From NCBI GenBank assembly GCA_024276465.1, contig JAJRXD010000054.1, positions 2,931 through 66,930 of the forward strand: 64,000 nt of DNA. Direction: 5' to 3'. The notes below the pieces were generated by a model. That model was given only the letters and a program-made list of their open reading frames with translations. It searched no databases and was not told the DNA's origin. Of the stretch, positions 1 to 8,585 are shown piece by piece. Every line of letters starts with the position of its first letter. The stretch's first letter is position 1. The DNA comes from Deltaproteobacteria bacterium. Its GTDB lineage: Bacteria; Desulfobacterota; WTBG01; CAIYCZ01; CAIRTM01. The position numbers and the translations under genes were made by a program.

Positions 1-1577
1 TTGCCACGAATGACATAGAACTGCATGAAGTTTGCCGCCATTCGATAGCTGTCTGTAGTAAGGGGAATGGCAGTGTAAACCGTCCTTTCTCCTCCGTGGA
101 TAATTCCGTCATTTATGGCAGCACGCCTTGCCAGGTATGTCAAAGCATGGCCATGGTCCCACCATGCCCATATCACTGCATCTGAAGGTGTTTTTTGCTG
201 TACTGTATACATGCCCTCTGCTGTAGGGCCCGGCTCTTTTGGCCACTGTATGTAAGTTTTGTTTGACAGGTAAAGGGGCCACACAAAAAGCACTATCAGT
301 AAAGGACAGATGAGATAAAGAGGTGCGAACCGTTTTCTTAAACCCCAAAGCATGGACATGGAAAAACCGGTTCCAAGTGCCACCATTGGTATCATAAATA
401 TTAGAAACCGGTTTGCAAAGAAAGTAGCGATTGATAAAACAACAAGGGAAACAAGAAACAGAGAATTTTTAAAATGTTTCCAGAATAGAAGAAAAACACC
501 GGTTATGGCAAAGATAAAAGCAAGGATGTTTTTTGTGGTATAGCTTATAATCAGAGCAAGAGACGGTTTTGACTGCTCGCTTATTGTTATGCCGATGTTC
601 GGAAAAGTTCCTGAAGAGTCTTTTGATATATAAAGGTAATTTAACCAGATTGATTTGATAATTTTAACTGGTTTGTCAGGACCTACTGTAAGGAGAAAAA
701 CAATAAGAGCGCAGCCGGTAATTGCATAAAACAGTTTGCCCTCTTTTCCTTCCGGCCTGTAAAAAAAAGCTAAGGCCACTGCAAGGGGCATAATAGTAAT
801 AGCTGTTGCAGCTGCCGGGGTCTGATCCCACCACCATAGAAACAGCCCGTATATAATGATGCCACCCAGAAAGTATAGATATCTTTTTTTTGTTTTTTCA
901 ATCCCAAATCGCAGGAAAACGTAGGCTGAGCTAACTGCCCAGGTAGCGTTAAGGCAGTCTGTGTCAAATCTTCCAATGTTACTTCTGTAAATATAAAATG
1001 GATAAAGAAGAGACATCAATGCTGCTGTAATCCCCATGACAGGCCCCCCGTAGAAGCGGCCCAACAGATACAAGGGAATAGCTAACAGAGAGCCTAAAAT
1101 CGTCGGCAGTACGGCTCCTATCCAGCTCAGGGAAAAAGAGGTTGCTTTTGCAATTCCGGCAGCCATAACAGAGATCAGGGGAGGAGGGGAAGGCCGGGGG
1201 GGGCAGTCGGGGACCCCACGCATTTCATTTATGGGGTTGTAAGTTCCGTCAACCAGGTCCTGTGCAAGGCTGAGATAAAACCATGCATCAAACGTGGTAT
1301 GGAGGGGCTGTTTGTTAAAAAAGGCTTTTTGCTCGTATTTATGCCACTGTTCAAGGTCTTCAAGGCGGAAGGATATCCCAACTGCAATTACAATGATCAG
1401 AGCAATAATTTCAAACCAGAGACTGTGTTTTGAAAAAAAGGTACTTTTATTTTCAAAAAAAACCGTACATTTTTTTATAATCTCTGAAAAATTCTGACTG
1501 TTAGCTGAAACCTTAGGCGAAGATTGTAGGGAGTTGTTTTGTTTGGGAACCAAACGTTTCTTTTTTTTACTGCCCAT
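1..1577 (-). CDS. STT3/PglB/AglB-family oligosaccharyltransferase (GT-C), 5' part only; the ORF runs off the left edge
   Basis: My own translation of the minus strand: ATG at 1577, then 525 codons with no stop down to position 3. It is not in the ORF track because there is no stop inside the window. Multi-TM N-terminal half. Motifs RFDTD (957-971), TISE = TIXE (576-587) and WWDHGH = WWDYG (150-164). Confidence 0.8.
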   Translation of the reverse strand, partial: MGSKKKKRLVPKQNNSLQSSPKVSANSQNFSEIIKKCTVFFENKSTFFSKHSLWFEIIALIIVIAVGISFRLEDLEQWHKYEQKAFFNKQPLHTTFDAWFYLSLAQDLVDGTYNPINEMRGVPDCPPRPSPPPLISVMAAGIAKATSFSLSWIGAVLPTILGSLLAIPLYLLGRFYGGPVMGITAALMSLLYPFYIYRSNIGRFDTDCLNATWAVSSAYVFLRFGIEKTKKRYLYFLGGIIIYGLFLWWWDQTPAAATAITIMPLAVALAFFYRPEGKEGKLFYAITGCALIVFLLTVGPDKPVKIIKSIWLNYLYISKDSSGTFPNIGITISEQSKPSLALIISYTTKNILAFIFAITGVFLLFWKHFKNSLFLVSLVVLSIATFFANRFLIFMIPMVALGTGFSMSMLWGLRKRFAPLYLICPLLIVLFVWPLYLSNKTYIQWPKEPGPTAEGMYTVQQKTPSDAVIWAWWDHGHALTYLARRAAINDGIIHGGERTVYTAIPLTTDSYRMAANFMQFYVIRG

Positions 1578-1592
1578 TTGTAATATTCCTTT

Positions 1593-2450
1593 TTACCCGC
1601 CGTTTTCTATCCGGTCATAGCGAAGCTGGGTTATCTGCTCACTTATCAGCCCCATCATAAAAAGCAGAACCGATGTTACAAAAGACAGCGCAGACATGTT
1701 TGTAAAACTTGCTGCAGCAAAGTATGTATAAGCATAATTTATTAATCCAAGAACAAAGAAAAGCAGACTTACGGGAATAAAAACATTAAGAGGTGAAAAC
1801 AAAGTTGCTATCTTTATTATTATTATCAGAAATCTGAAACCGTCCTTTAAAACATGAATTTTGCTTTCCCCTTTTCTTTTGAGGGCAATAATCGGAATAT
1901 AGCAGATGGACCTTCCGCTTCTCAGGTAAGCCATTGTAATTGTTGTAGGATAGGAAAAAGTGTTGGGCAGTAAATGGAGATACCTTACGGCAGTTTTTGA
2001 GTCCATTACCCTGAAACCTGATGTCAGGTCCTTTATTTTTACCTTTGTAATGTAACTTGCAAGCATGTTATAAACAGAATTTGCACAGAGCCTGAAAAAA
2101 CTTGCCTGAGTTCGGGAGGCCCTGGCTCCGACAACCATATCATAATCTGCAGAGGCTTCAATTAATTTTGGAATGTCGGCCGGATTATGCTGCCCGTCCC
2201 CGTCCATGAGAACTATTTTGTCTCCTGTTGCATTGCGTATTCCTGTTTTTACTGCAGCGCCGTTTCCCATGTTATAGGGATGGCTGATAACACGTGCACC
2301 TGCATCCATGGCTTCTTGAGCAGTTTTATCAGTTGATCCGTCATCAATTACAAGCACTTCGCATTCAGGAACATATTGTTTTATTGATCCGATTACTTCT
2401 CCGATTGATAGACTTTCATTTTTTGCAGGTATGACCACGGATATTTTCAT
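1593..2450 (-). CDS. Family 2 glycosyltransferase, polyprenol-phosphate sugar synthase type (GtrB/DPM1/ArnC-like) with two C-terminal TM helices
   Basis: 285 aa. N-terminus 'ISVVIPAKNE...VLVIDDGSTDKT', 'DGDGQH' motif, hydrophobic C-terminal tail. Its stop is 16 nt upstream of the STT3-like start. Confidence 0.85.
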   Translation of the reverse strand: MKISVVIPAKNESLSIGEVIGSIKQYVPECEVLVIDDGSTDKTAQEAMDAGARVISHPYNMGNGAAVKTGIRNATGDKIVLMDGDGQHNPADIPKLIEASADYDMVVGARASRTQASFFRLCANSVYNMLASYITKVKIKDLTSGFRVMDSKTAVRYLHLLPNTFSYPTTITMAYLRSGRSICYIPIIALKRKGESKIHVLKDGFRFLIIIIKIATLFSPLNVFIPVSLLFFVLGLINYAYTYFAAASFTNMSALSFVTSVLLFMMGLISEQITQLRYDRIENGG

Positions 2451-2619
2451 AGTAAATTTTTTGACAACAAGATTGAGCTGATTAGAGATTATAAGTGCAT
2501 TGAAGTCTGAAAAGTATAATAGAAAGGAGTGGTTGAGTCAAGTTATAAGGTGTCCCAAGTTTTTTTAAGCATTATACAACGGGCATTGCATCAGAATAAA
2601 AAACAGGATCTGTGTGCTG

Positions 2620-4002
2620 CTATTTGCCTATACAGAATTTGCTGAAAATTGCATCAAGAATATCCTCTGTCGTTGTTTCTCCTGTCAGTTCCCCAAGAGA
2701 AACAAGTGCAGCCTGAAGATCTACGGCAACAAGCTCAGGAGATAGTTTTTTTTGCAGACCTGCTTGGACGAGCTGCAGGGATGCAAGGGTCTTTTCAAGT
2801 GCTGATTTATGCCTTACATTTGATATAAGGATCTTAGAGGACGCGCTGTGATTGTCATGGCGAATGATTTTATAAATTCTGTTTTTTAACTCATCAACTC
2901 CATGCTGATACAGAGCAGAAACCTGAAGAACATTTTTAACAGGTAAAATATTTTTTATCTCATGCATGGATATTACCTGGGGAAGGTCAGACTTGTTTAT
3001 AACAGTTATTATATTTTCTGTAGTTATTTTTTTGATGATTGAAAGATCATTGTTGTCAATTTTCCTGCTTCCATCCAGCACAAGGAGAACAAGATCTGCC
3101 TCAGCAATTTTTGAGAGTGTGATATCAATGCCTATTTTTTCAATTTCGTTGCTGCTTTGATGAAGCCCTGCTGTGTCTAAAAGTTTTACAGGGATACCCT
3201 TGATATTTATTGTTTCATGGATAATATCCCTTGTTGTTCCGGGAATGGAAGTAACAATAGCTCTTTTGTCGTTCAGCAGGGCATTTAGTATGCTTGATTT
3301 GACTGCGTTTGGTTTGCCGATTATAACAGCCTGGATTCCGGTTCGATACAGGCTGCCTTCATCAAATGACAAAATCAAAAGAAGGATTTTTTCACTGATT
3401 TTGTGAACTTTTTTTTCCATATCCCCTGCAGAATCAACATCGAGGCCATCTTCGGGAAAATCGATTGATGCTTCTATAAAAGAGGTGATTTCAAGCAGGT
3501 CTTGTTTCAGGTCCATGACTTTTTTAAACAGGTCTCCTTTAAGGTGACAGGAAGCAAGCTTAAGAGCAGCATCTGTTTTTGAGTCAATCAACTCGATAAC
3601 TGCTTCTGCCTGGGTGAGGTCTATGCGTCCATTAAGAAATGCCCTTTTTGTAAATTCACCCGGCTCAGCAAGACGGGCACCGCATTTAATCGTAAGATCA
3701 ACGAGCTTTTGCATGACCACAGGTCCGCCATGACAGTTTATCTCTACAATATCCTCTCCTGTGTATGATGACGGTGCCTGCATATATGAAACAAGGACCT
3801 CATCCAGCCCTTGTCCATCTTCAGGGTCAAAAATTATTCCGTGGTAGAGGTAATGTGTTTTAACGGATTGTGTGTTAAATGCAGCAGAGCGAAAAAAATC
3901 CGAGACAATTTGCAGGGCATGCGGGCCACTTAATCTTATTATGCCAATACCGCCTCTTCCAGGTGGAGTAGCAATGGCTGAAATTGTATCTTGCTGGTAC
4001 AT
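2620..4002 (-). CDS. mnmE: tRNA modification GTPase MnmE
   Basis: 'DTISAIATPPGRGGIGIIRLSG', G-domain 'GKPNAVKSS', 'DTAG', 'NKSD', C-terminal 'FCIGK'. Start placed at the internal ATG (4002); the track ORF extends to 4062. Confidence 0.95.
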   Translation of the reverse strand: MYQQDTISAIATPPGRGGIGIIRLSGPHALQIVSDFFRSAAFNTQSVKTHYLYHGIIFDPEDGQGLDEVLVSYMQAPSSYTGEDIVEINCHGGPVVMQKLVDLTIKCGARLAEPGEFTKRAFLNGRIDLTQAEAVIELIDSKTDAALKLASCHLKGDLFKKVMDLKQDLLEITSFIEASIDFPEDGLDVDSAGDMEKKVHKISEKILLLILSFDEGSLYRTGIQAVIIGKPNAVKSSILNALLNDKRAIVTSIPGTTRDIIHETINIKGIPVKLLDTAGLHQSSNEIEKIGIDITLSKIAEADLVLLVLDGSRKIDNNDLSIIKKITTENIITVINKSDLPQVISMHEIKNILPVKNVLQVSALYQHGVDELKNRIYKIIRHDNHSASSKILISNVRHKSALEKTLASLQLVQAGLQKKLSPELVAVDLQAALVSLGELTGETTTEDILDAIFSKFCIGK

Positions 4003-4071
4003 AAAAAAACTCAAATATCCGGGTTTTTCAGTTTCTGCAGAGGGTTGATTTATTCCTCGCATGACAGCATA

Positions 4072-4101
4072 GAATCAGGACTTTTCGTTCTGGTACTACT
4101 T
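4072..4101. repeat. 30-nt intergenic repeat; an inverted copy lies at 8375-8404 (27/30 identical)
   Basis: 'gaatcaggacttttcgttctggtactactt' compared with the reverse complement of 'aagtagtgtctgaacgaaaagtcctgattc'. Confidence 0.8.
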
Positions 4102-5328
4102 AAGCGTGTCTTCTATCCTGGCCATAGCCTTTTGCACGTTCTCATATGTGTTAAAAGCACTGATTCTGATATATTGTTCTCCGCATTTCCCAAAACCAGA
4201 ACCAGGGGTGCAGACAACCCCTGCCTTTTCAAGCAGAAGGTCAAAGAACTCCCATGAATCCCTGTCGCCCTTAATCCATACGTAGGGCGAATTCTTACCC
4301 CCGGTGCAGAGAAATCCCAGTGTTGCCATTTTCTGCAGAATAAGTTCAGCATTTTTCAGATAATAGTCTGTCAGGTCCCTGACCTGCCTTTTGCCTTCCG
4401 ATGTATAGACTGCTTCAGCAGCCCTTTGCACAGGGTATGAAACTCCGTTGAATTTTGTGCTCTGACGCCTGAGCCACAGTTGATGAACAGGAACAGAATT
4501 TCCATTTTTATCAAAAGCACGGCACTTTTTCGGCACAACAGTGAAAGCGCAGCGGGTCCCTGTAAAGCCGGCATTTTTAGAGAAACTTCTGAATTCTATT
4601 GATACTTCATCAGCGCCTTCAATTTCAAATATGCTGCGAGGAAGTGATCTGTCACGAATAAAGCACTCATATGCTGCGTCAAAAAGAATGAGAGAGCGGT
4701 TTTTATGGGCATAGTCAACCCACTGTTTGAGCTGTTCCTTTGTAGCGATAGCACCGGTTGGGTTGTTCGGGAAGCACAGATAGATCAGGTCAACAGGTTC
4801 GGGGGGTATGTCAGGCACGAAACCATTCTCCCGGGTTGATTCAAGATAGACTATCCCGTCATAACGGCTGTTTCTGCTTGTGCCGGTCCTGCCTGCCATA
4901 ACATTGGTGTCAACATACACAGGATATACCGGATCAGGTATTCCGATAGTTATATCACGGGAAAAAATTTCCTGAATGTTGCTGGTATCACATTTTGCAC
5001 CATCGCTTATAAACACTTCATCATGAGTAATCGGCAGACCGTACTTGCAAAAGTCATTTTCCGCAATTTTTTCTCTTAAAAAAGCATAGCCCTGTTCAGG
5101 GCCATAACCCCGGAATGAACTTTCATCAGCCATTTCGTCAACAGCACTGTGAAATGAATCAATGCATGCAGGAGGAAGGGCACGGGTAACATCACCAATG
5201 CCAAGCTTGATTATTTCCCTGTCAGGATTTTTTTTCGAATAGTCTGAAACACGTGCTGCAATGTCGGAAAAAAGATAAGAAGCTTTTAATTTGTTATAGT
5301 TCTCATTAATGCTGATCATGATTTCCAC
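4096..5328 (-). CDS. dapL: LL-diaminopimelate aminotransferase
   Basis: 410 aa. '[18 protein letters not shown]', 'IKLGIGDVT', '[15 protein letters not shown]' (PLP lysine region). Typical DapL length. Confidence 0.9.
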   Translation of the reverse strand: MEIMISINENYNKLKASYLFSDIAARVSDYSKKNPDREIIKLGIGDVTRALPPACIDSFHSAVDEMADESSFRGYGPEQGYAFLREKIAENDFCKYGLPITHDEVFISDGAKCDTSNIQEIFSRDITIGIPDPVYPVYVDTNVMAGRTGTSRNSRYDGIVYLESTRENGFVPDIPPEPVDLIYLCFPNNPTGAIATKEQLKQWVDYAHKNRSLILFDAAYECFIRDRSLPRSIFEIEGADEVSIEFRSFSKNAGFTGTRCAFTVVPKKCRAFDKNGNSVPVHQLWLRRQSTKFNGVSYPVQRAAEAVYTSEGKRQVRDLTDYYLKNAELILQKMATLGFLCTGGKNSPYVWIKGDRDSWEFFDLLLEKAGVVCTPGSGFGKCGEQYIRISAFNTYENVQKAMARIEDTLK

Positions 5329-5492
5329 TCTCCTTTTTATTAAGAAATGAATCAGCCAATATCAAAATAAAAGATATAAGTCAAAACAAAAAAACTGCTG
5401 TTTAAAATAGCATTGACTACATAAAAAGGCTGGTGTATGTATTTATACAAATTAGCATACTGAGACAATAATCTGACACAAGGGAGTTCCAT

Positions 5493-7058
5493 ATGGGTAA
5501 TAACGAAACCAGACAGAAAACAAGAAAATTTGCAGGAATTGAAGTTTCTCCGGATCTGAAAAAAACTAATTTTTTCTTCCTTTATTTCAATACCCTTATA
5601 GTTGGAATGCTCATGACAATTCCTGCCATTATTCAGCCTGCATTCCTGAAGGATATTATAAAAGTACCCCCTGAATTTTTCGGATCCATTAACGGTTTCC
5701 TCCAGAACATGAGCCAGGTTGCAACCCTTGCCCTGGTTGCTATTGTGGGTGCCCTGTCGGATAAGGCAGGCAGGAAAATACTTGCTGTTGCAGGGTTTGT
5801 GGTGCTCATGGTTTTTTATTACTTGTATGGAATGTCCGTCGAAATAGGCAGTGCTTTGCACATTCCTGCTGGTTTTGCATCAAAGGTTTGTGCTTTGTTG
5901 AGTTTTGTGCCTTCCCAGGCTGCAAATTTTGCTGGTATTGCACCGGGACTTTTTGTTGCCTACATAATACGTTTTTTTATTGGAATAGGTCTTGTTCTCT
6001 GCTATCCGCAATTCATTACAATGGTTGCAGATTATACATACGATAAAGACAGGGGTAAGGGCATGGCATTAAACGGCCTGATGATGGGGCTTGCAGCACT
6101 TGTAATTTTCGGGCCTGTTGCACGCATGCAGAAAAAGTCAGGTGTTGAGTCTCTGTTTTTTATTGCTTCAGTAATTGCTGCTACTGGTGTTGTTTGCACC
6201 TGGCTGTTTCTGAAAGACCGTTTGCCTGAAATCAAAAAAGAAAAAAAAGGCCTGAAGGAGGTTTTCGGCATTGTCAACAAGAGCATAACGCTGAAAACAA
6301 CCTACTGGTGCTCCCTTATTGCCAGGGCAGACATTGTGGTGCTTGCTACTTTTCTCGTGTCCTGGGGTGTTAAAGTTGCAGACAAATTCCATCTGACCTC
6401 TAACGCCGCAACACACAAAGCTGCAATTCCAATGATCATCATGAGCGTTTTTTCATTTATTGCTTTTCCGGTTGTTGGAGTTTTGATTGATAAGTGGGGG
6501 CGAATTCCGACCATTATTCTTGCACTTTTCAGCGGAGGAGTGGGTATGATTCTTCTTGCTGTTTCCGCAGCGCCTTTCAGCGGCCTTGTTTTTGTAGCAG
6601 TTATTTTTTCCGGTTTTGGAATGGCAGGGGCAATAGCAGGCTCAAACACCCTGGCAACTGATGCTTCACCAAAGGGAATGGTTGGAACAATACTTGGCGG
6701 GCTAAATACAATGCAGCCCATTGGAATGCTGTTTTTTGTTGCTGTCGGCGGATACTTGTTTGACAAGTTTGGTCCTGGATGGGCATTCGGTATAAAGGGT
6801 ATTGCCAGCATTGTGCTTGGTGCATGGGTGTTTACTGTCAGGGGTAGAATAAAGGAGGAATCTGAAGAGACGGGATCAATTGACAGCCTTACTTTCTCAA
6901 TGGAATGGGATGATGATGCCAAGAAGATGCTTGAGAAGGTTCCGGCCCCATTCAGGGATGCAGCTGTTTCAGGAACAGAGGATTATGCAAAGGAGCACTC
7001 CCATGGAAAGATTACGCCTGCTGTAATGGATGCATTCAAAAAAGAACTTGGAATGTAA
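5493..7058 (+). CDS. MFS transporter with a C-terminal soluble PCP_red-like domain (BchB/ChlB C-terminal type)
   Basis: 521 aa, about 12 TM segments, 'GALSDKAGRK' MFS loop motif. Tail 'MEWDDDAKKMLEKVPAPFRDAAVSGTEDYAKEHSHGKITPAVMDAFKKE' follows the W..A...L.K.P.F.R pattern. Confidence 0.8.
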   Translation: MGNNETRQKTRKFAGIEVSPDLKKTNFFFLYFNTLIVGMLMTIPAIIQPAFLKDIIKVPPEFFGSINGFLQNMSQVATLALVAIVGALSDKAGRKILAVAGFVVLMVFYYLYGMSVEIGSALHIPAGFASKVCALLSFVPSQAANFAGIAPGLFVAYIIRFFIGIGLVLCYPQFITMVADYTYDKDRGKGMALNGLMMGLAALVIFGPVARMQKKSGVESLFFIASVIAATGVVCTWLFLKDRLPEIKKEKKGLKEVFGIVNKSITLKTTYWCSLIARADIVVLATFLVSWGVKVADKFHLTSNAATHKAAIPMIIMSVFSFIAFPVVGVLIDKWGRIPTIILALFSGGVGMILLAVSAAPFSGLVFVAVIFSGFGMAGAIAGSNTLATDASPKGMVGTILGGLNTMQPIGMLFFVAVGGYLFDKFGPGWAFGIKGIASIVLGAWVFTVRGRIKEESEETGSIDSLTFSMEWDDDAKKMLEKVPAPFRDAAVSGTEDYAKEHSHGKITPAVMDAFKKELGM

Positions 7059-7227
7059 ACACCAGGCAGAAAGGATTAAAAAAAAGGTCATGGTAGCTGA
7101 TGGATGTCAGGGGCAGAGATCCAGGGCTTGTATCAGGATACATAGGCACATATACTTTGTGTTCTTCGTGGTTGTATTAAAAAAAATACCATGAAGGCTT
7201 AACTTGCAGGCACAAAGGAGCAGATGT

Positions 7228-7247
7228 GTTGGAGCGCATTTATGCGC
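7228..7247 (+). repeat. REP-like palindromic element, degenerate head GTTGGAGC + GCGCAT-TT-ATGCGC
   Basis: 'gttggagcgcatttatgcgc'. Near-identical core to the copy at 36085-36106. Confidence 0.7.
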
Positions 7248-7313
7248 AAAAGGATTGGGGAAAAGGCATAAAAATGTCTTGCCAACAATAAACCCGGAAA
7301 TTAAGGTCGGTCA

Positions 7314-7763
7314 TTGTCAAAAAAGTCTGTAAGCAACAAAAGGGAAAAAGAATTAAAAGATTTTCTTGCCAGGCTTAAAGGCAAAATACTTGCTGATGTC
7401 AGAAAGACTATAACAGACCATATTGATGATGACATCAGGTTGTCTTTTGAGGTTATGAAGGACAATGCTGACAAGTCAGTGGATGAGCTGTTGAAGCACG
7501 TAAATGCAGCTGTAGTTGGCAATAAGTCTGAAATGCTTGATAAAATTGATGAGGCAGTTGCGAAGATCGAAAACGGGACATATGGAATTTGTGAAGAATG
7601 TGGCCGTGAGATACCGCTGGCAAGGCTAAAGGTTGTTGCTTTTGCAACTTGCTGCGTAGCCTGCCAGACTAAAGAAGAGAAAAAGCCAAAAGAGGGTACC
7701 GGCCCACAGCAAAAAAGCATTGAAACCGACGACTCGATCAATTTAATGTCTGATGATGAATAG
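7314..7763 (+). CDS. DksA/TraR-family C4 zinc-finger protein
   Basis: 149 aa. Coiled-coil N-terminus, then 'GTYGICEECGREIPLARLKVVAFATCCVACQ'. TTG start. Confidence 0.8.
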   Translation: MSKKSVSNKREKELKDFLARLKGKILADVRKTITDHIDDDIRLSFEVMKDNADKSVDELLKHVNAAVVGNKSEMLDKIDEAVAKIENGTYGICEECGREIPLARLKVVAFATCCVACQTKEEKKPKEGTGPQQKSIETDDSINLMSDDE

Positions 7764-7861
7764 ACACTGTTATAAATAAAGAGATTGACGAAAATAATTT
7801 TATCCTAAACTGAGCGGTTTTTCACATTGTAGAGGTAACAGCAATAGCTTTTCACTAATTT

Positions 7862-7885
7862 CAGGCAGACATTCATGTCTGCCTG
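7862..7885 (+). terminator. Perfect 11-bp stem hairpin downstream of the DksA-like gene; possible terminator, but no T-tract
   Basis: 'caggcagacat tc atgtctgcctg'. Confidence 0.35.
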
Positions 7886-7985
7886 CGGGGTTGTCTTTAC
7901 GCTTCACCCTCCAGGTGAAACTTATGTAATGCTTAAATCTGTTCAAAGTTATTGCTGTGACTGTCCTTTGCAGAGAGTATATATT

Positions 7986-7999
7986 GAGAATCGCTCAAT
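7986..7999 (+). repeat. Copy of the dispersed 'GAGAATCGCTCAAT' intergenic motif
   Basis: Related copies at 32096-32110, 46148-46161 and 58823-58833. All are on the + strand and all are intergenic. Confidence 0.6.
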
Positions 8000-8021
8000 T
8001 TAGGTTTCTGACAGTATTATC

Positions 8022-8231
8022 ATGAATGAAACATTTAAACAGAGCAGTTTTGAGGAACTGGAGGCAGCGTCCCTTTTTTGCAGGAACTGCAAGCAGGCAG
8101 TTCCTGTCAGAAAAAAACTGCTGATCATTCTGCCTGATGCTGACAAATATGATTATCTTTGCATGTACTGCGGAACTTCTGTAGGAAGCAAAACAATTTC
8201 GCATAAAAAGAACGTTCAGTTAATAATATAG
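8022..8231 (+). CDS. Small zinc-ribbon protein (two CxxC pairs), hypothetical
   Basis: 69 aa. 'CRNC...CMYC'. No clear Shine-Dalgarno sequence. Confidence 0.4.
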   Translation: MNETFKQSSFEELEAASLFCRNCKQAVPVRKKLLIILPDADKYDYLCMYCGTSVGSKTISHKKNVQLII

Positions 8232-8374
8232 GATGCTAGTTCAGGACAGTATCCTTTCCGTCCAGAGAAATTCCTTTTCGTACCCCGAAGGTAGCGTCTG
8301 CTTTCAGTTGAAAACATGCTCTTTGGCAACCGCAGACTTTAGCCTGCGTCAGGTACATGTTTCGGAATGGAACT

Positions 8375-8404
8375 AAGTAGTGTCTGAACGAAAAGTCCTG
8401 ATTC
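8375..8404. repeat. 30-nt repeat, inverted partner of 4072-4101
   Basis: See 4072-4101. Confidence 0.8.
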
Positions 8405-8430
8405 AGGTTAAAATCTGATCAATAATTTTC

Positions 8431-8454
8431 TGTAGGAGCGCCTTCAGGCGCGAT
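8431..8454 (+). repeat. REP element: TGTAGGAGC + GCGCC-TTCA-GGCGC hairpin + GAT
   Basis: 'tgtaggagcgccttcaggcgcgat'. Forms an inverted pair with 8479-8502. Confidence 0.8.
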
Positions 8455-8478
8455 ATTACTCAGCAACAGGTCTGTTTT

Positions 8479-8502
8479 TCGCGGCTAAAGCCGGCTCCTA
8501 CA
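8479..8502 (-). repeat. REP element, inverted orientation
   Basis: + strand 'tcgcggctaaagccggctcctaca' = reverse complement of 'tgtaggagccggctttagccgcga'. Confidence 0.8.
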
Positions 8503-8585
8503 TACGCCGCGCTAACAAAAAACAGGGTTTCCGTTCAGCCACTAAGTATGTTTTTTCTGTAAAAACAGTCCATTAGGGAACAGTT

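Noticed and set aside
109-1497. Four track ORFs (109-348 -, 352-543 +, 770-976 -, 1294-1497 +)
   Set aside because: All lie inside, or in other frames of, the long open minus-strand STT3-like frame (1-1577). Their sequences are low-complexity or unrecognisable.
6302-6922. 206-aa antisense ORF inside the MFS gene, plus smaller ones at 6032-6416 and 6601-6825
   Set aside because: It lies opposite a well-supported transporter gene. Its Pro/Ser/Ala-rich mirror composition is typical of antisense frames, and it has no motifs.
7301-7741. 146-aa ORF antisense to the DksA/TraR-like gene
   Set aside because: Ser/Leu-rich and featureless. The + strand encodes a clear C4 zinc-finger protein.
7986-7999. 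'GAGAATCGCT' resemblance to the human Alu consensus ('ggagaatcgcttgaacc'), raising a contamination question
   Set aside because: Only about 11 nt match, and the flanks diverge immediately. The motif recurs in native intergenic contexts of this bacterial sequence.
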